Of a stretch of DNA of 32,000 nucleotides, positions 15,067 to 24,572 are shown one piece after another. Made by a program: the position numbers and the translations under genes. A model generated the notes under the pieces. That model worked only from the letters and a program-made list of their open reading frames with translations. It did no database searches and was not told where the DNA came from. Position 1 is the first letter of the stretch. Each line of letters begins with the position of its first letter. Source of the DNA: Promethearchaeota archaeon (GTDB lineage Archaea > Asgardarchaeota > Hermodarchaeia > Hermodarchaeales > Hermodarchaeaceae); contig JBHLMI010000004.1 of NCBI GenBank assembly GCA_048938295.1, forward strand, positions 30,001 through 62,000. Direction: 5' to 3'.

Positions 15067-15320
15067 CTGTAACCCTCAACGGTTTGTTAATTGTAGCTTG
15101 TCGTCAAAGCCATAAGAAGTTTCGTAACTCAGTGTTTACTTGGAGCTAAGATTGGGGAGAACTGGGTGAATAGTTGTGAGGCGCAAGTGGGCATTAAGCA
15201 TTGGTGGTTGATGAGTTGGAGTTTGTTTAGATTCTTTATTTTGCACAAATTTTCATATTCATCTAAGGAGTAATATCAGGGAGAGGGATGAGAGCGAGGA
15301 CGAAGATACTCAATTGCTGG

Positions 15321-18300
15321 TTATGAGTCACGTAGATCTCCTTCCTGGTTAGCTGGTAAGGTGGATTCAGAAAGGAGTGTGAGAAGGCGTTGGATGAGCC
15401 GTCGGTTTTCGCATTGAAGGACAATGTGTAGCTCTTGCCCCTGTTTCTCCCAGGCTAGTATTACTCGGTCACTCAAATAGCGATTTGTACTGGTATTAGT
15501 CAATCCAAGCCGGTGGATGATTTGCGTTAGTTGTCGTTTGACATCAGTATTAAGTGGAATCCGTTGCTGCTGAGTTTCGGCCTCAGGGCTACCCCAGTGG
15601 ATCTGAACTCCATCGATTCCAGGGAGGTGCAGCTCAGGCTGAACAGAGCCTGATTGTTGTTGACGACGTTTCCCATTACGCATCCAAATGATACCAAGCA
15701 CGCAAAGCCCAATAAGGAAGGCTAGTGGCAGGAGGGAGAGGATGAGGTTCACCGTCGAGTACCCAACGAGGAGCAGATGTTCCACTGAGAGGATATAGTG
15801 GTTATCTGACAGCAGGCTAAGGGATAATAGACGGACGCCAGTATCAACGACGCTTGCAGGGAGGTATTGAATTTGAAAGGTGATTGACCGAGTTTCGTTG
15901 CTTTGAACAATGACTTGTGCGAACCCCCAGAAATTAGGCACTGCTACAATATCGAAGGCCCGTGTTTGTGATCCAAGGTTGGTGAGATTGATTGTGACAA
16001 GAAAGAGTTGATTTTGCAAAGCCTGATCTGGAGTATCAACCAAGGCTAGAATGAAGGCACCTTGCACCGTGAGAGGCACTTGCTCGAAAAGCAAAGTAAG
16101 TGGATGGCTGGTAATAAGGAGTGTGAGGTTGAATGCCTGCGGGGGACAGCTCGGAAGGACTTCCAGGTTGAGGTGAAAAAGGTTTTCACCGGGAACAAGG
16201 ATGAGGTTCGTTTTACTAATGGAACCAACATGAACTTCAAACAGACTAAGGTTGATGGTTGCAGCGGTAGCCCAGGAGGAGTTAATGAAACAGGAGACAG
16301 CAAGGTATTCTCCTTGCTGGATAATTGGAGAGTATTGCAAGTGAGCCGTACAGACGGGATGGGAAACGAGATAATAAAGGCCTTCTAGTCCTGAATTAGA
16401 GTGGGCGTGAACTGCGTACGTGGTTGGTGCTGCCAGGTATAACTCAAGTTGAGCTGTGCCTGTTTCGTTGGTGACGACTTGATAATCTTCCATAAAGTCC
16501 AAGGCGGTGATGTTGAGGTGGACGGGTTCTAATACGTAGCCGGTCCAGTTCGTGATATCGCCTGCAAAGACGTAGAGAATAGGTGAGCTACCAACTTTGG
16601 GAGCTATTTGGTTTAGTCCCATACAGATGCCGGTGGAAGTTTTTTCTAAGAGCCAGCGTAGACCCTGTTTAGCTATTTGACTGACGATTGGATATTCGGG
16701 GGAAGGCACTCCTAAAAAGAGGACAGGAGCTTCAGTTAGACTTGGTGGATAGAAGCTGAGGGAAGCCCATGTTGTGTTACTGACCAAGGCGAGCCCCACA
16801 TCACTTGGAGTGACTGCGAAGACCGATGAACAGTTTTGGAACAATTGGGTGGCTTGACCTTTGAGAAGGGATGGACTTTGAATGACGGGATGAAAGGCTT
16901 TGAGCCCCTGGACTTCAAGTGTTTGGGTTCCTCTTGCAGTGATGCTTAGACTAAGGGTTTCTTGAAGAAGCTGGCCACCCGCATATCCCAAGACCAGTAG
17001 GGGCTGGGAAAGGCTGGTTAGGCGGTTTGCAAGAATACGGTCGACGGTAATGAGAGGGTCAAGTACAAGTGCCTGAAATGTGGGCAAGAGAGGATTCAGG
17101 TAATCGGTGATGGTGATGTTGGCTACATCCGAGAGAAGGGGGATCCACTCAGTTGCAAGGGTTGGAGGATTGGAGGGTAGGACAAGGGTAAGCTCAACAA
17201 TAAGACCTATGATGAGCTTGGTTGTGTTCACTACATTAATGAGCGCGCAGTGAGAGAGACCATCATAGAGAGAATGTTTGTAGGGATCGGGGTATTGGTT
17301 GGTTGAAATGGTTATGGAAGGAATGTGATTGGTGTGTAGTGTCCATTCGGATATACACCATCCAAAATCATCTTGAACTGATGCCAAGTTTTCTGCACGA
17401 GGTCGTTGAAAGCCAATGAGTTCAATATCAAGATTATTCGAAACAGTGGTGAGTGAACTGTGAATAACTGTTACGTCCTCAGTCATGTACTGATACATGG
17501 CTAGAATGGTTGGCCAGATTGTTCCCTGGTATGCAATTTCATCAATATTGAGGGCTAAGGAAGTAATCGGATTGATACCGAGTGCATTCAGCCCATGAGA
17601 TATTAGCTGGTTGGAGCCGTATAACGAGAGAGTGCCATTGCCTTCTTCACCTCCCAGGAAAGCAAATAAGACATTCCACTGCAATGTTGAACTGTGGTTT
17701 TGAGAGAGGATATCTAAGGATTCCAGCAGCGAGGCAATACCGGCAGCGTTATCGTTTGCGCCTGGAGCGTTCGTGGGCAACATCCCCAGTAGGTCGTGTT
17801 GTGCAGAATCAAGATGGCTAGTGATGATCAGGCTGGGAGCCGACGGGTTGATACCCCATGGTGTGATGTATAGATTGCGAGTCCAGTAATACTGGTACAC
17901 ATAGCGGGTACCATTCCAGATTCTTTTGGGAATAGAAAACCAATCATCGGTGTATGATATGCCATTAGAGGTCAGATAGGAGCAGACAAAATCAATGGAT
18001 GCGTTGCCATCACTGGTGAATGGATGGCGGCTGTTGAAGTTTGTAAGTGAAGTGAGAAGACCCAAGAGACGCGACTCGTTCACACACATCGCTAGTTCGC
18101 GTTGCCAGTAGGCGAGAGTTGAGACGTTGGCCACGTATGCAATTGATGGAGGGGACGATTCGGGTGAAGAAACAGAGCGGGAACGGGGAGAGGGCAGGGT
18201 CGCATTCTGTGACCACACATCGTGGGTAGCAAGAGATGCAGAGAAGGAACCTTCAGTGAGAGGGGGCACTAAAGCAACACTGCTGATTAGCAAGCTAACG

Positions 18301-18332
18301 AATACCAGCGTGAGAACATATGTGCATCTCAT
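15321..18332 (-). CDS. Membrane-anchored M28-family zinc peptidase with extra ectodomains and a cytoplasmic tail
   Basis: Signal peptide; M28 ligands SHLDS, PGANDNAAG, GGEEG, NIDEI and YKHSLYD; many sequons; Ig-like beta-rich region; TM (LILSLLPLAFLIGLCVLGIIWM) then RNGKRR and about 110 further residues. Confidence 0.85.
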   Translation of the reverse strand: MRCTYVLTLVFVSLLISSVALVPPLTEGSFSASLATHDVWSQNATLPSPRSRSVSSPESSPPSIAYVANVSTLAYWQRELAMCVNESRLLGLLTSLTNFNSRHPFTSDGNASIDFVCSYLTSNGISYTDDWFSIPKRIWNGTRYVYQYYWTRNLYITPWGINPSAPSLIITSHLDSAQHDLLGMLPTNAPGANDNAAGIASLLESLDILSQNHSSTLQWNVLFAFLGGEEGNGTLSLYGSNQLISHGLNALGINPITSLALNIDEIAYQGTIWPTILAMYQYMTEDVTVIHSSLTTVSNNLDIELIGFQRPRAENLASVQDDFGWCISEWTLHTNHIPSITISTNQYPDPYKHSLYDGLSHCALINVVNTTKLIIGLIVELTLVLPSNPPTLATEWIPLLSDVANITITDYLNPLLPTFQALVLDPLITVDRILANRLTSLSQPLLVLGYAGGQLLQETLSLSITARGTQTLEVQGLKAFHPVIQSPSLLKGQATQLFQNCSSVFAVTPSDVGLALVSNTTWASLSFYPPSLTEAPVLFLGVPSPEYPIVSQIAKQGLRWLLEKTSTGICMGLNQIAPKVGSSPILYVFAGDITNWTGYVLEPVHLNITALDFMEDYQVVTNETGTAQLELYLAAPTTYAVHAHSNSGLEGLYYLVSHPVCTAHLQYSPIIQQGEYLAVSCFINSSWATAATINLSLFEVHVGSISKTNLILVPGENLFHLNLEVLPSCPPQAFNLTLLITSHPLTLLFEQVPLTVQGAFILALVDTPDQALQNQLFLVTINLTNLGSQTRAFDIVAVPNFWGFAQVIVQSNETRSITFQIQYLPASVVDTGVRLLSLSLLSDNHYILSVEHLLLVGYSTVNLILSLLPLAFLIGLCVLGIIWMRNGKRRQQQSGSVQPELHLPGIDGVQIHWGSPEAETQQQRIPLNTDVKRQLTQIIHRLGLTNTSTNRYLSDRVILAWEKQGQELHIVLQCENRRLIQRLLTLLSESTLPANQEGDLRDS

Positions 18333-18493
18333 GGGTTCTTCGTTGTGCTGGCGGATTTTGGTTTCTTTATATGCATTATGGTGGATGGCAAGGCGGTTAG
18401 TGGCGTGTTAGCATTGAAAGAATCGAAGTTACAAAAACGAATATGCAAAAAATATCATCTATTGGGTAACGGGAAATTTGCCTATTGGTTGGA

Positions 18494-18910
18494 TTAATTG
18501 AGGGGAACGGCACGGATGGTGTCTTCCCTTTTTTCGAGAAATCCTTCGGCTTTGAGGACATCAATTGCCTCCTGTACTTCCTTGGGGAGAAGTCCCGCTT
18601 CGATACACTGTTGGTAGATTTCGTGGATCGGAAACCATTGTGGGCAATCGGTGCGATGGGAGCGAAGGATTTTGAGGACCTGTTGCACAGGCCGGAGATG
18701 CAGAGTAGGAGTTACGAGACCATGAAGGACGTATTGCCTTTGTTGCACTCGGATTTGTGCCTCCTGGAGATTGGGAACAATAACGCCTTGCAACTCGTGA
18801 AGGGCAACTTTCTCGTTACATCGAGGGCAGGTATTTCGCCAGACACCTATGGGAATGTAGGTGAACTCGGAGCAGTGGGGGCATTGGATAATTTTGTACC
18901 TCCGTCCCAT
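18494..18910 (-). CDS. Zn-ribbon (DUF1922-like) plus C-terminal winged-helix protein
   Basis: YKIIQCPHC ... NTCPRC (two CxxC) and C-terminal IHEIYQQCIEAGL...EVQEAIDVLKAEGFL wHTH pattern. ATG 18910 lies 1 nt after the stop of the giant gene; the ORF-track start at 19075 overlaps that gene and is unlikely. Confidence 0.7.
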   Translation of the reverse strand: MGRRYKIIQCPHCSEFTYIPIGVWRNTCPRCNEKVALHELQGVIVPNLQEAQIRVQQRQYVLHGLVTPTLHLRPVQQVLKILRSHRTDCPQWFPIHEIYQQCIEAGLLPKEVQEAIDVLKAEGFLEKREDTIRAVPLN

Positions 18911-18911
18911 G

Positions 18912-21900
18912 CTAGTTGTCACCAAAATCAAATATATTTTCAGAGCTTCTTGGGGGTTGGTCAATGTCTTCTGCAATTTCAGCCATCGAAGATATGGGTC
19001 CATCCTGAATGGGTTGCAGGCGTTCCAGGAAGGAATTGAGGCGGTTCTGTAACCGTTTGAAGAGGAGAGCCCCAAGAATGAGACCGGTAATCATTACCGC
19101 AAGTGAACTCAGCAAAAGGGGGGAAAAGATGGCTACTATGGGATTGTGAGGGGGACGCACTAGAAAGGGAGTGGTGGCCGAAGTAGGAGCGAACCCATGT
19201 TGACCTTCAAAATATGCCGTTACAGAATAGATACCCGGTAAGGGAGTCGTGATAGTTAATTGGCCTATTCCGGACAAATTAGTCCAGATTGTAAAGTTCG
19301 CAAGTAAGCTGCCTTCCTGGGAATACAAGTGGATTGAGAGATTTGCTACCAGCCCATATGAGGATGAGCCATTACGATAGGAGAGCCGTATGATGATTTC
19401 TAGGGTGGGTTGGAGAAAGGCGTCATCAACCTCGAGGGGATTGATCGCTAGTGTGAGGTTGGGTGTGATGATGCCTTGCAAAGTGACCTTAAATGCAGCT
19501 GAGGTTTCTGAATAGAAATCTGGAGCATCTAAGTGTCCAAAGCGTACAATAACCAAATGCTCTCCGACCAACTCAGAGTATGAGGTTGAAAGGAGTATGG
19601 TGCCTGTTCCTTGGGTGATGAGGATATCTTGTCTCCAGGCTCCATCCCAATATATGGAGGCAGTGCCATTGGGATAGTCTGAAGTAGATGTGGTCACAAG
19701 CACTTCGAAGATGAGAGATTCACCGATATAGACCTGTGTCGTATTGCTCGTGAGGGTGATGAACGCAGTATCACGTATGAGATAATCAAAGGGTGCGGAG
19801 AGGAATGGAGCGTGAGTTGTCGTGCCCATGATTTCAATGTGTATTGTTTTTACCCCGACCGGGGCTGAAGCGAACCACTGGCAGATGGCTCTGCCATTAG
19901 CATCGGTGGTGTTGGACGTAAGGAGGATGTCGTCTTCATAGATGCTGATAACTAAATATGGAATTTGGGATCCGTTCAATTCGTCTGAGACTTCAACTTC
20001 GATTGAACTTTGATTGCCAATGAAGACAGAGGAAGGAGGTGGTTGCGAAATGTTACAGACTAGTGTTCGGCGATTGACCGTGATCACAGTTTTACTTTGA
20101 CAAGCAGCGTACATATCTTGGCCTTGAAACCTATAATCGATCTGCCACGGCCCAACCTCAGCTGGCTCCCAGGAGCAAAGGGCTAAACCGGTTGTGTTGG
20201 TGTCGACTAGCGTTGTTTGAAAGGGAGCAGATTCACCGGGACGTGTAACGTTGAAAGCCACCTGATAACCTTCTAATGGAGTGCCACTGTCATTCCACAA
20301 TCCAACTACTATGGTGGTTGGGTCAAAGAGGACCGGGGTAGTGGGCAGGATCTGTTCCAAGGTGAGGTGGGTATCAAATACAACGACCGACAGGGGGACG
20401 GTTTCGGTATGAGGAGTGCAGTAGGGGATACTGGCGTTGATACGAAGGAGATGGGTGATGGGAGCGAGTTGCTGGGTTTCGATTGTGGTGCTATATTGGT
20501 TTGGTGCCTGCAGGGATGTAGGGTATACGTCAGATGTCGTTTCGACGGTGATGGTAACTTCTCCCATTCCAAGTGGGTCTGTAGAATTCTCACTTCCCGC
20601 TAGACCCACCTTAACAGTTACATTAACTGGGATGCTTCGAGGCACCATTGCACTCGGAGTAAATTTTGTTTGGAGGGCTAGGGTACCCCAGCCAAGGCAA
20701 ATGCTAGGATTGTAGTAAAAGTGGGGAATAGCGCCTGGGGCATATGCAATGATGCTGAGGTCTTGGGGACCGAGGGAAGATGATGAAACCGGCACAGCAT
20801 CTTGCAGCTCATAGTATCCCGGGATAGCTTGACTACAGGACTCAAGGTAGCTGATATTGAAGATTGCAGTTTTTACGAAAATAGTGTCTGGCAGGTGAGC
20901 CCAACGCATTTCTATTATGGACGCAGAGATCTCAAAGTTAGTCCCGACAGAGAGAATGCCTGTTGGATAGGTGAATTGTGTGAGGTTTAGGATTGGATTG
21001 ACATCGAGATGAGAGCGGAGTTGTAAGCGATCAATTAACTGAACACCTAGGTTGATCAGGTGAGGCATCCATTTTCCTAATGGGAGTGACGAATCGATAA
21101 AGAGGCCATGATAAGTGAACCGTTCAAGGAGTTGGCCTCGAACCCCATCCCAGTCGAGAAGTGTTAGGGCATCTGGATTGAGACCGGTTTCTACGAGGAA
21201 GTAGAGAATTTCTGTAGCATAATATGTAGTAATCAGAGAGCTATTTTCGTGGAGATATCCAGCTGCGTAGCTTGCAAGTCTTTGTCCGTCAAGATCAGAC
21301 ATGGAAGGGTTGAGGTACCTATAAGCTTGGACACCAAGCCATGTTTCAGCGAGATACCCTTCAGCCTCTCGCCATTGAGCTGATATAGGAATCGTGTGGA
21401 CGAGATCGCGAAAGTATTGATGAGAAACGTTCGTTTGCAGGCAACCAACAAGATAAGCGAGGGCCGCTGTGGCATTGTTGAGTTCAGCCGGAGTTCCGCC
21501 TAGCGATTGATGGGCGAGGAGGTTCCAGCAGGTGGTATCGAACCGGAACGTCCAGTCGCTTTCATGTCCAACGTAGAGATGATGGAGCCCAAGCATTCCA
21601 TAGTATCCAGCGGCACTGCTCTGACAGTTGATAATTTCCTGTCGTAATTGACTTGCCCGGGTAGTCCAAAGAGTAGTTGTGAGGTTAAGGACAGGAACCA
21701 GTTGGCTATACATATAATGGTAAAGGGGTCCAAAGGTGCAGGTTTCTAATGCGATGCGGTCAGGGGTTGATGAGTCAGTGTCCGTGCCAACGACGAATGG
21801 GAGTTGATGGGCAACAAAGGATGTCCGACTTGGGGACCAACAATTTTCGAGAAAACTCAGAAACGCTGTGATATTCATGGACTGTAGAGCATCGACCTGG

Positions 21901-23849
21901 GCTAGCGCCATGATGATTTCCACACTGGTGAGGAAATCACCGAAGATGGCTGGTTCTGTCGCCCCACCCCATTCTGTAAGGCAGCTAGTCAGGTATTGGA
22001 TGAGGTTCGATTCAGTTACTCCCAATCCGCCGGTCAACCCTAGCGCACTTGCACAATACCAAGTTTCATCTGGGGAGTTATGGAAATCATGCAGATAATC
22101 GCCTCGACCCCAACCACCATTAGGATACTGGTTTCCCATAATATAGGCTCGACCCGCACTGGTGTCGTAAAGACTTTGGGCATCTAGTATTGTGAGGAGC
22201 TGGAGGGCACAGGCGGTTCCTAGCACCCATTCATCAGAGTCCAGGGTGTATTTCGTATCAAAGATGGAGCTCTCAGCAGGATCCTCGCATGATCCGATAA
22301 AGGAACGGAGTGCTGTTTGGTTGATGGCATTCAATTCAGAGACCACTTTCAGAGCGACTAGAGCGTGAGAAGCCTCAACAAGGCTAGCGCTAATGCCTCC
22401 AGCATCTGAGGAGTAGAATCCACCAAACTCCGAATCCAAGGGATTCAGTTCTTGACAATTGGCGATATAAACAACGGCGGCTGGTAGATTAATTGTGGAC
22501 AGCTGACCCAGCACCGCAAGAGCTTCGAGGGCAAACCGGGTTGCCGTTAAACTGGTGTGTGTGGCTCCATATTCTGTGAAGAATCCACCCGAGAGTAGAT
22601 CTTGGCAACTTGCTAGATAGGCACTAATAGCGGCTTGATTTAACTGATTGAGTATTCCAAGCCTATCAGCCATGAGAACACTCATCGCCGTGGTGATGCA
22701 TCGATCATGGAGTTGCACGCTTGCCAAATCCTCGAAGCATCCCTGAGTTATGTTATATCGACTTTGTAGCCACACCCCGAAGGTTGATAGATTTAGAGCT
22801 AATCCGTGGGTAGTCATCATATCCGTTACGTAATATGACAGACGAAGAGACGGTTCTAACGGGTAACCAAATCCACCTGCGCCTTGGGTCTCCCAATAAT
22901 CTCCGCTCATACCCATTTGGAGCTGCCATGCAGCCAAGGTTTCGCCTAATCGTTGTTGGAGTGTTGGCCGAATGAGCCAATGTATGAGATTTTCACACAT
23001 CTGCCATCCTTGGCTGTTCAGCTTGCTAGCTTGATTAATTCCCCAATAATAGATGTGGGGATTACCAGAGTGGGCTCGAAACCAGAGAAGCTGTGCTCCA
23101 GTGCCATCGTAATTAGTTCCTAACACTTCAACCTTAGTGGGTAGGCTTGAGATGCGATAGGCATCATAACTGACTGGTTCGGAATATAGACTGAACCGGC
23201 TGTCTGTAAAGGGAATCGTATGGGGAAGTGAAAAAATTTGCAGCTTCGCATCAGGAGGCCAGAGGTATCGTTCTATACAAGGGATGAAGGCTGTGACTGG
23301 ATGAAAGTTTTGGAGCCGGTCTAAGACCTCATGAGCGTATCCTAGAAGCAGAATGGGTTGTGGGGAACTTCCTATTGCTTGTGCTGAAACTAGAGAAACC
23401 CCAAAGGATTCATCACTAGTGCCCACGCTAGGTGTGACGACAATCAAATCAAAGTCCGATGATTGGGTGAAACTATCGATATGACTAGTTGAGGTGTTAA
23501 AGCCGAGGGCATTAAAATGGGCAATCCAGATTTCAATCGATTCCTGACCTGATTCGTTGACATAATCACCATACAGAACAAGCAGGTTGCCTAAAGCAAA
23601 ATTGGTTGGCAATTCATTGGGAAAAGGTATTTCGCTAGACTGAATCTCCGCTTGAGTGGAAAGTGGATGAGAAGCCTGTAGTCCAGAGGAGGGGGCTCCA
23701 ATACTCCAAATTGGGGAGTCAATTGAGGAAGAGTGCAATGCATTAGCGGCGGAAATAGGGGTAAGCGCAGAGGGAAGAACAGCGAGTGTCATGGCTATGA
23801 AGAGCCAGAGGATGGCAGCGTTACGTATCTGATTCTGAAGATAATGCAT
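18912..23849 (-). CDS. 1645-aa cell-surface protein: signal peptide, alpha/beta domain, about 10-12 prenyltransferase/squalene-cyclase-type repeats, Ig-like domains, C-terminal TM anchor
   Basis: Repeats such as YLASCQDLLSGGF, YIANCQ...FGGFY and RAYIMGNQYPNGGWG (QW-like), each followed by S/T...A...L helices. Ig-like motifs (VDTNTTGLA, NTTDANGRA, YTAYFEG-like VTAYFEGQHGFAP); many N-x-S/T sequons; TM near the C-terminus followed by KRLQNR. Confidence 0.85.
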   Translation of the reverse strand: MHYLQNQIRNAAILWLFIAMTLAVLPSALTPISAANALHSSSIDSPIWSIGAPSSGLQASHPLSTQAEIQSSEIPFPNELPTNFALGNLLVLYGDYVNESGQESIEIWIAHFNALGFNTSTSHIDSFTQSSDFDLIVVTPSVGTSDESFGVSLVSAQAIGSSPQPILLLGYAHEVLDRLQNFHPVTAFIPCIERYLWPPDAKLQIFSLPHTIPFTDSRFSLYSEPVSYDAYRISSLPTKVEVLGTNYDGTGAQLLWFRAHSGNPHIYYWGINQASKLNSQGWQMCENLIHWLIRPTLQQRLGETLAAWQLQMGMSGDYWETQGAGGFGYPLEPSLRLSYYVTDMMTTHGLALNLSTFGVWLQSRYNITQGCFEDLASVQLHDRCITTAMSVLMADRLGILNQLNQAAISAYLASCQDLLSGGFFTEYGATHTSLTATRFALEALAVLGQLSTINLPAAVVYIANCQELNPLDSEFGGFYSSDAGGISASLVEASHALVALKVVSELNAINQTALRSFIGSCEDPAESSIFDTKYTLDSDEWVLGTACALQLLTILDAQSLYDTSAGRAYIMGNQYPNGGWGRGDYLHDFHNSPDETWYCASALGLTGGLGVTESNLIQYLTSCLTEWGGATEPAIFGDFLTSVEIIMALAQVDALQSMNITAFLSFLENCWSPSRTSFVAHQLPFVVGTDTDSSTPDRIALETCTFGPLYHYMYSQLVPVLNLTTTLWTTRASQLRQEIINCQSSAAGYYGMLGLHHLYVGHESDWTFRFDTTCWNLLAHQSLGGTPAELNNATAALAYLVGCLQTNVSHQYFRDLVHTIPISAQWREAEGYLAETWLGVQAYRYLNPSMSDLDGQRLASYAAGYLHENSSLITTYYATEILYFLVETGLNPDALTLLDWDGVRGQLLERFTYHGLFIDSSLPLGKWMPHLINLGVQLIDRLQLRSHLDVNPILNLTQFTYPTGILSVGTNFEISASIIEMRWAHLPDTIFVKTAIFNISYLESCSQAIPGYYELQDAVPVSSSSLGPQDLSIIAYAPGAIPHFYYNPSICLGWGTLALQTKFTPSAMVPRSIPVNVTVKVGLAGSENSTDPLGMGEVTITVETTSDVYPTSLQAPNQYSTTIETQQLAPITHLLRINASIPYCTPHTETVPLSVVVFDTHLTLEQILPTTPVLFDPTTIVVGLWNDSGTPLEGYQVAFNVTRPGESAPFQTTLVDTNTTGLALCSWEPAEVGPWQIDYRFQGQDMYAACQSKTVITVNRRTLVCNISQPPPSSVFIGNQSSIEVEVSDELNGSQIPYLVISIYEDDILLTSNTTDANGRAICQWFASAPVGVKTIHIEIMGTTTHAPFLSAPFDYLIRDTAFITLTSNTTQVYIGESLIFEVLVTTSTSDYPNGTASIYWDGAWRQDILITQGTGTILLSTSYSELVGEHLVIVRFGHLDAPDFYSETSAAFKVTLQGIITPNLTLAINPLEVDDAFLQPTLEIIIRLSYRNGSSSYGLVANLSIHLYSQEGSLLANFTIWTNLSGIGQLTITTPLPGIYSVTAYFEGQHGFAPTSATTPFLVRPPHNPIVAIFSPLLLSSLAVMITGLILGALLFKRLQNRLNSFLERLQPIQDGPISSMAEIAEDIDQPPRSSENIFDFGDN

Positions 23850-23899
23850 AATTTCGGTTCCCTATTGTACGATGGCAGAGCGGGGTTTTTGGTTTCTTT

Positions 23900-24571
23900 T
23901 TATGAATTTCGGTGAGGGTTGAGAACCTGCCAAAGGAGTAAGGCGAGTAACCCTCCACCGAGGATTGCTCCTGAAAATATCAAGAAAGAGAAGGTTGTTT
24001 TTGTTAGGGCTGAATAGACAAGGTAGGCGATGCCTGTGATAAGAGGGAATGAAAGCAATCCTAGTTCAAGGAGTGTTTGGCTAGGACGATCCCTAGCTAC
24101 AGACACTACTAGTTGGACATCAGCTTTACTTGGTGAGAGGCCGATGAAGAAACAAAACGCAAAATACAGGGCAAGGACTCGATGCATCGGTAAGAATTGC
24201 CAGAAGGCGATGAAAAGGTACAAGGCGACCGCGAGGATGATGAGGGGCGCAAAAGCGACTAGGAACCCGCTCGTAAAGGTTTGGATTTTTCTGGCATCAA
24301 CGATGACACCTCCGACGACACCTTCCTGCTTCCCCAAGAAGATCCGATGTTCCACGATGGGAACTCCTGTTAGCCGGCAAAGCAGGTAATGGCAGACTTC
24401 ATGTAAGACGACTCCGGGAAATGCTAAGTAGCGAATGAAGGTGCCCAACTTGCTGCAAATTAGGTCAATAAACTTCATGATGAAGAGACTAGCGAGCAGA
24501 AAAATTGGGATATAGATCATGGCTTCGAAGAGCAATCCCAATGCGAAAAGGTCTGGACTGATTTGCATCAA
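23900..24571 (-). CDS. Membrane-embedded HExxH zinc metalloprotease (M50-like / DUF3267-like)
   Basis: FPGVVLHEVCH in a hydrophobic context, VAFAP, PSKAD (likely third ligand) and about 6 TM helices. Confidence 0.8.
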   Translation of the reverse strand: MMQISPDLFALGLLFEAMIYIPIFLLASLFIMKFIDLICSKLGTFIRYLAFPGVVLHEVCHYLLCRLTGVPIVEHRIFLGKQEGVVGGVIVDARKIQTFTSGFLVAFAPLIILAVALYLFIAFWQFLPMHRVLALYFAFCFFIGLSPSKADVQLVVSVARDRPSQTLLELGLLSFPLITGIAYLVYSALTKTTFSFLIFSGAILGGGLLALLLWQVLNPHRNS

Positions 24572-24572
24572 T

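Noticed and set aside
18485-19075. ORF-track calls 18485..19039 (+, 184 aa) and the N-terminal extension of 18494..19075 (-)
   Set aside because: The plus-strand ORF is the antisense shadow of the Zn-ribbon gene. The extension overlaps the 3' end of the 1645-aa gene; ATG 18910 gives a clean 1-nt gap.
20900-22900. Idea that the prenyltransferase-repeat protein prenylates small GTPases or is a cytoplasmic squalene-hopene cyclase
   Set aside because: The signal peptide, dense sequons, Ig-like stalk and C-terminal anchor place the repeats outside the cell. There is no exact DxDD or DxCY motif and no alpha-subunit gene nearby.
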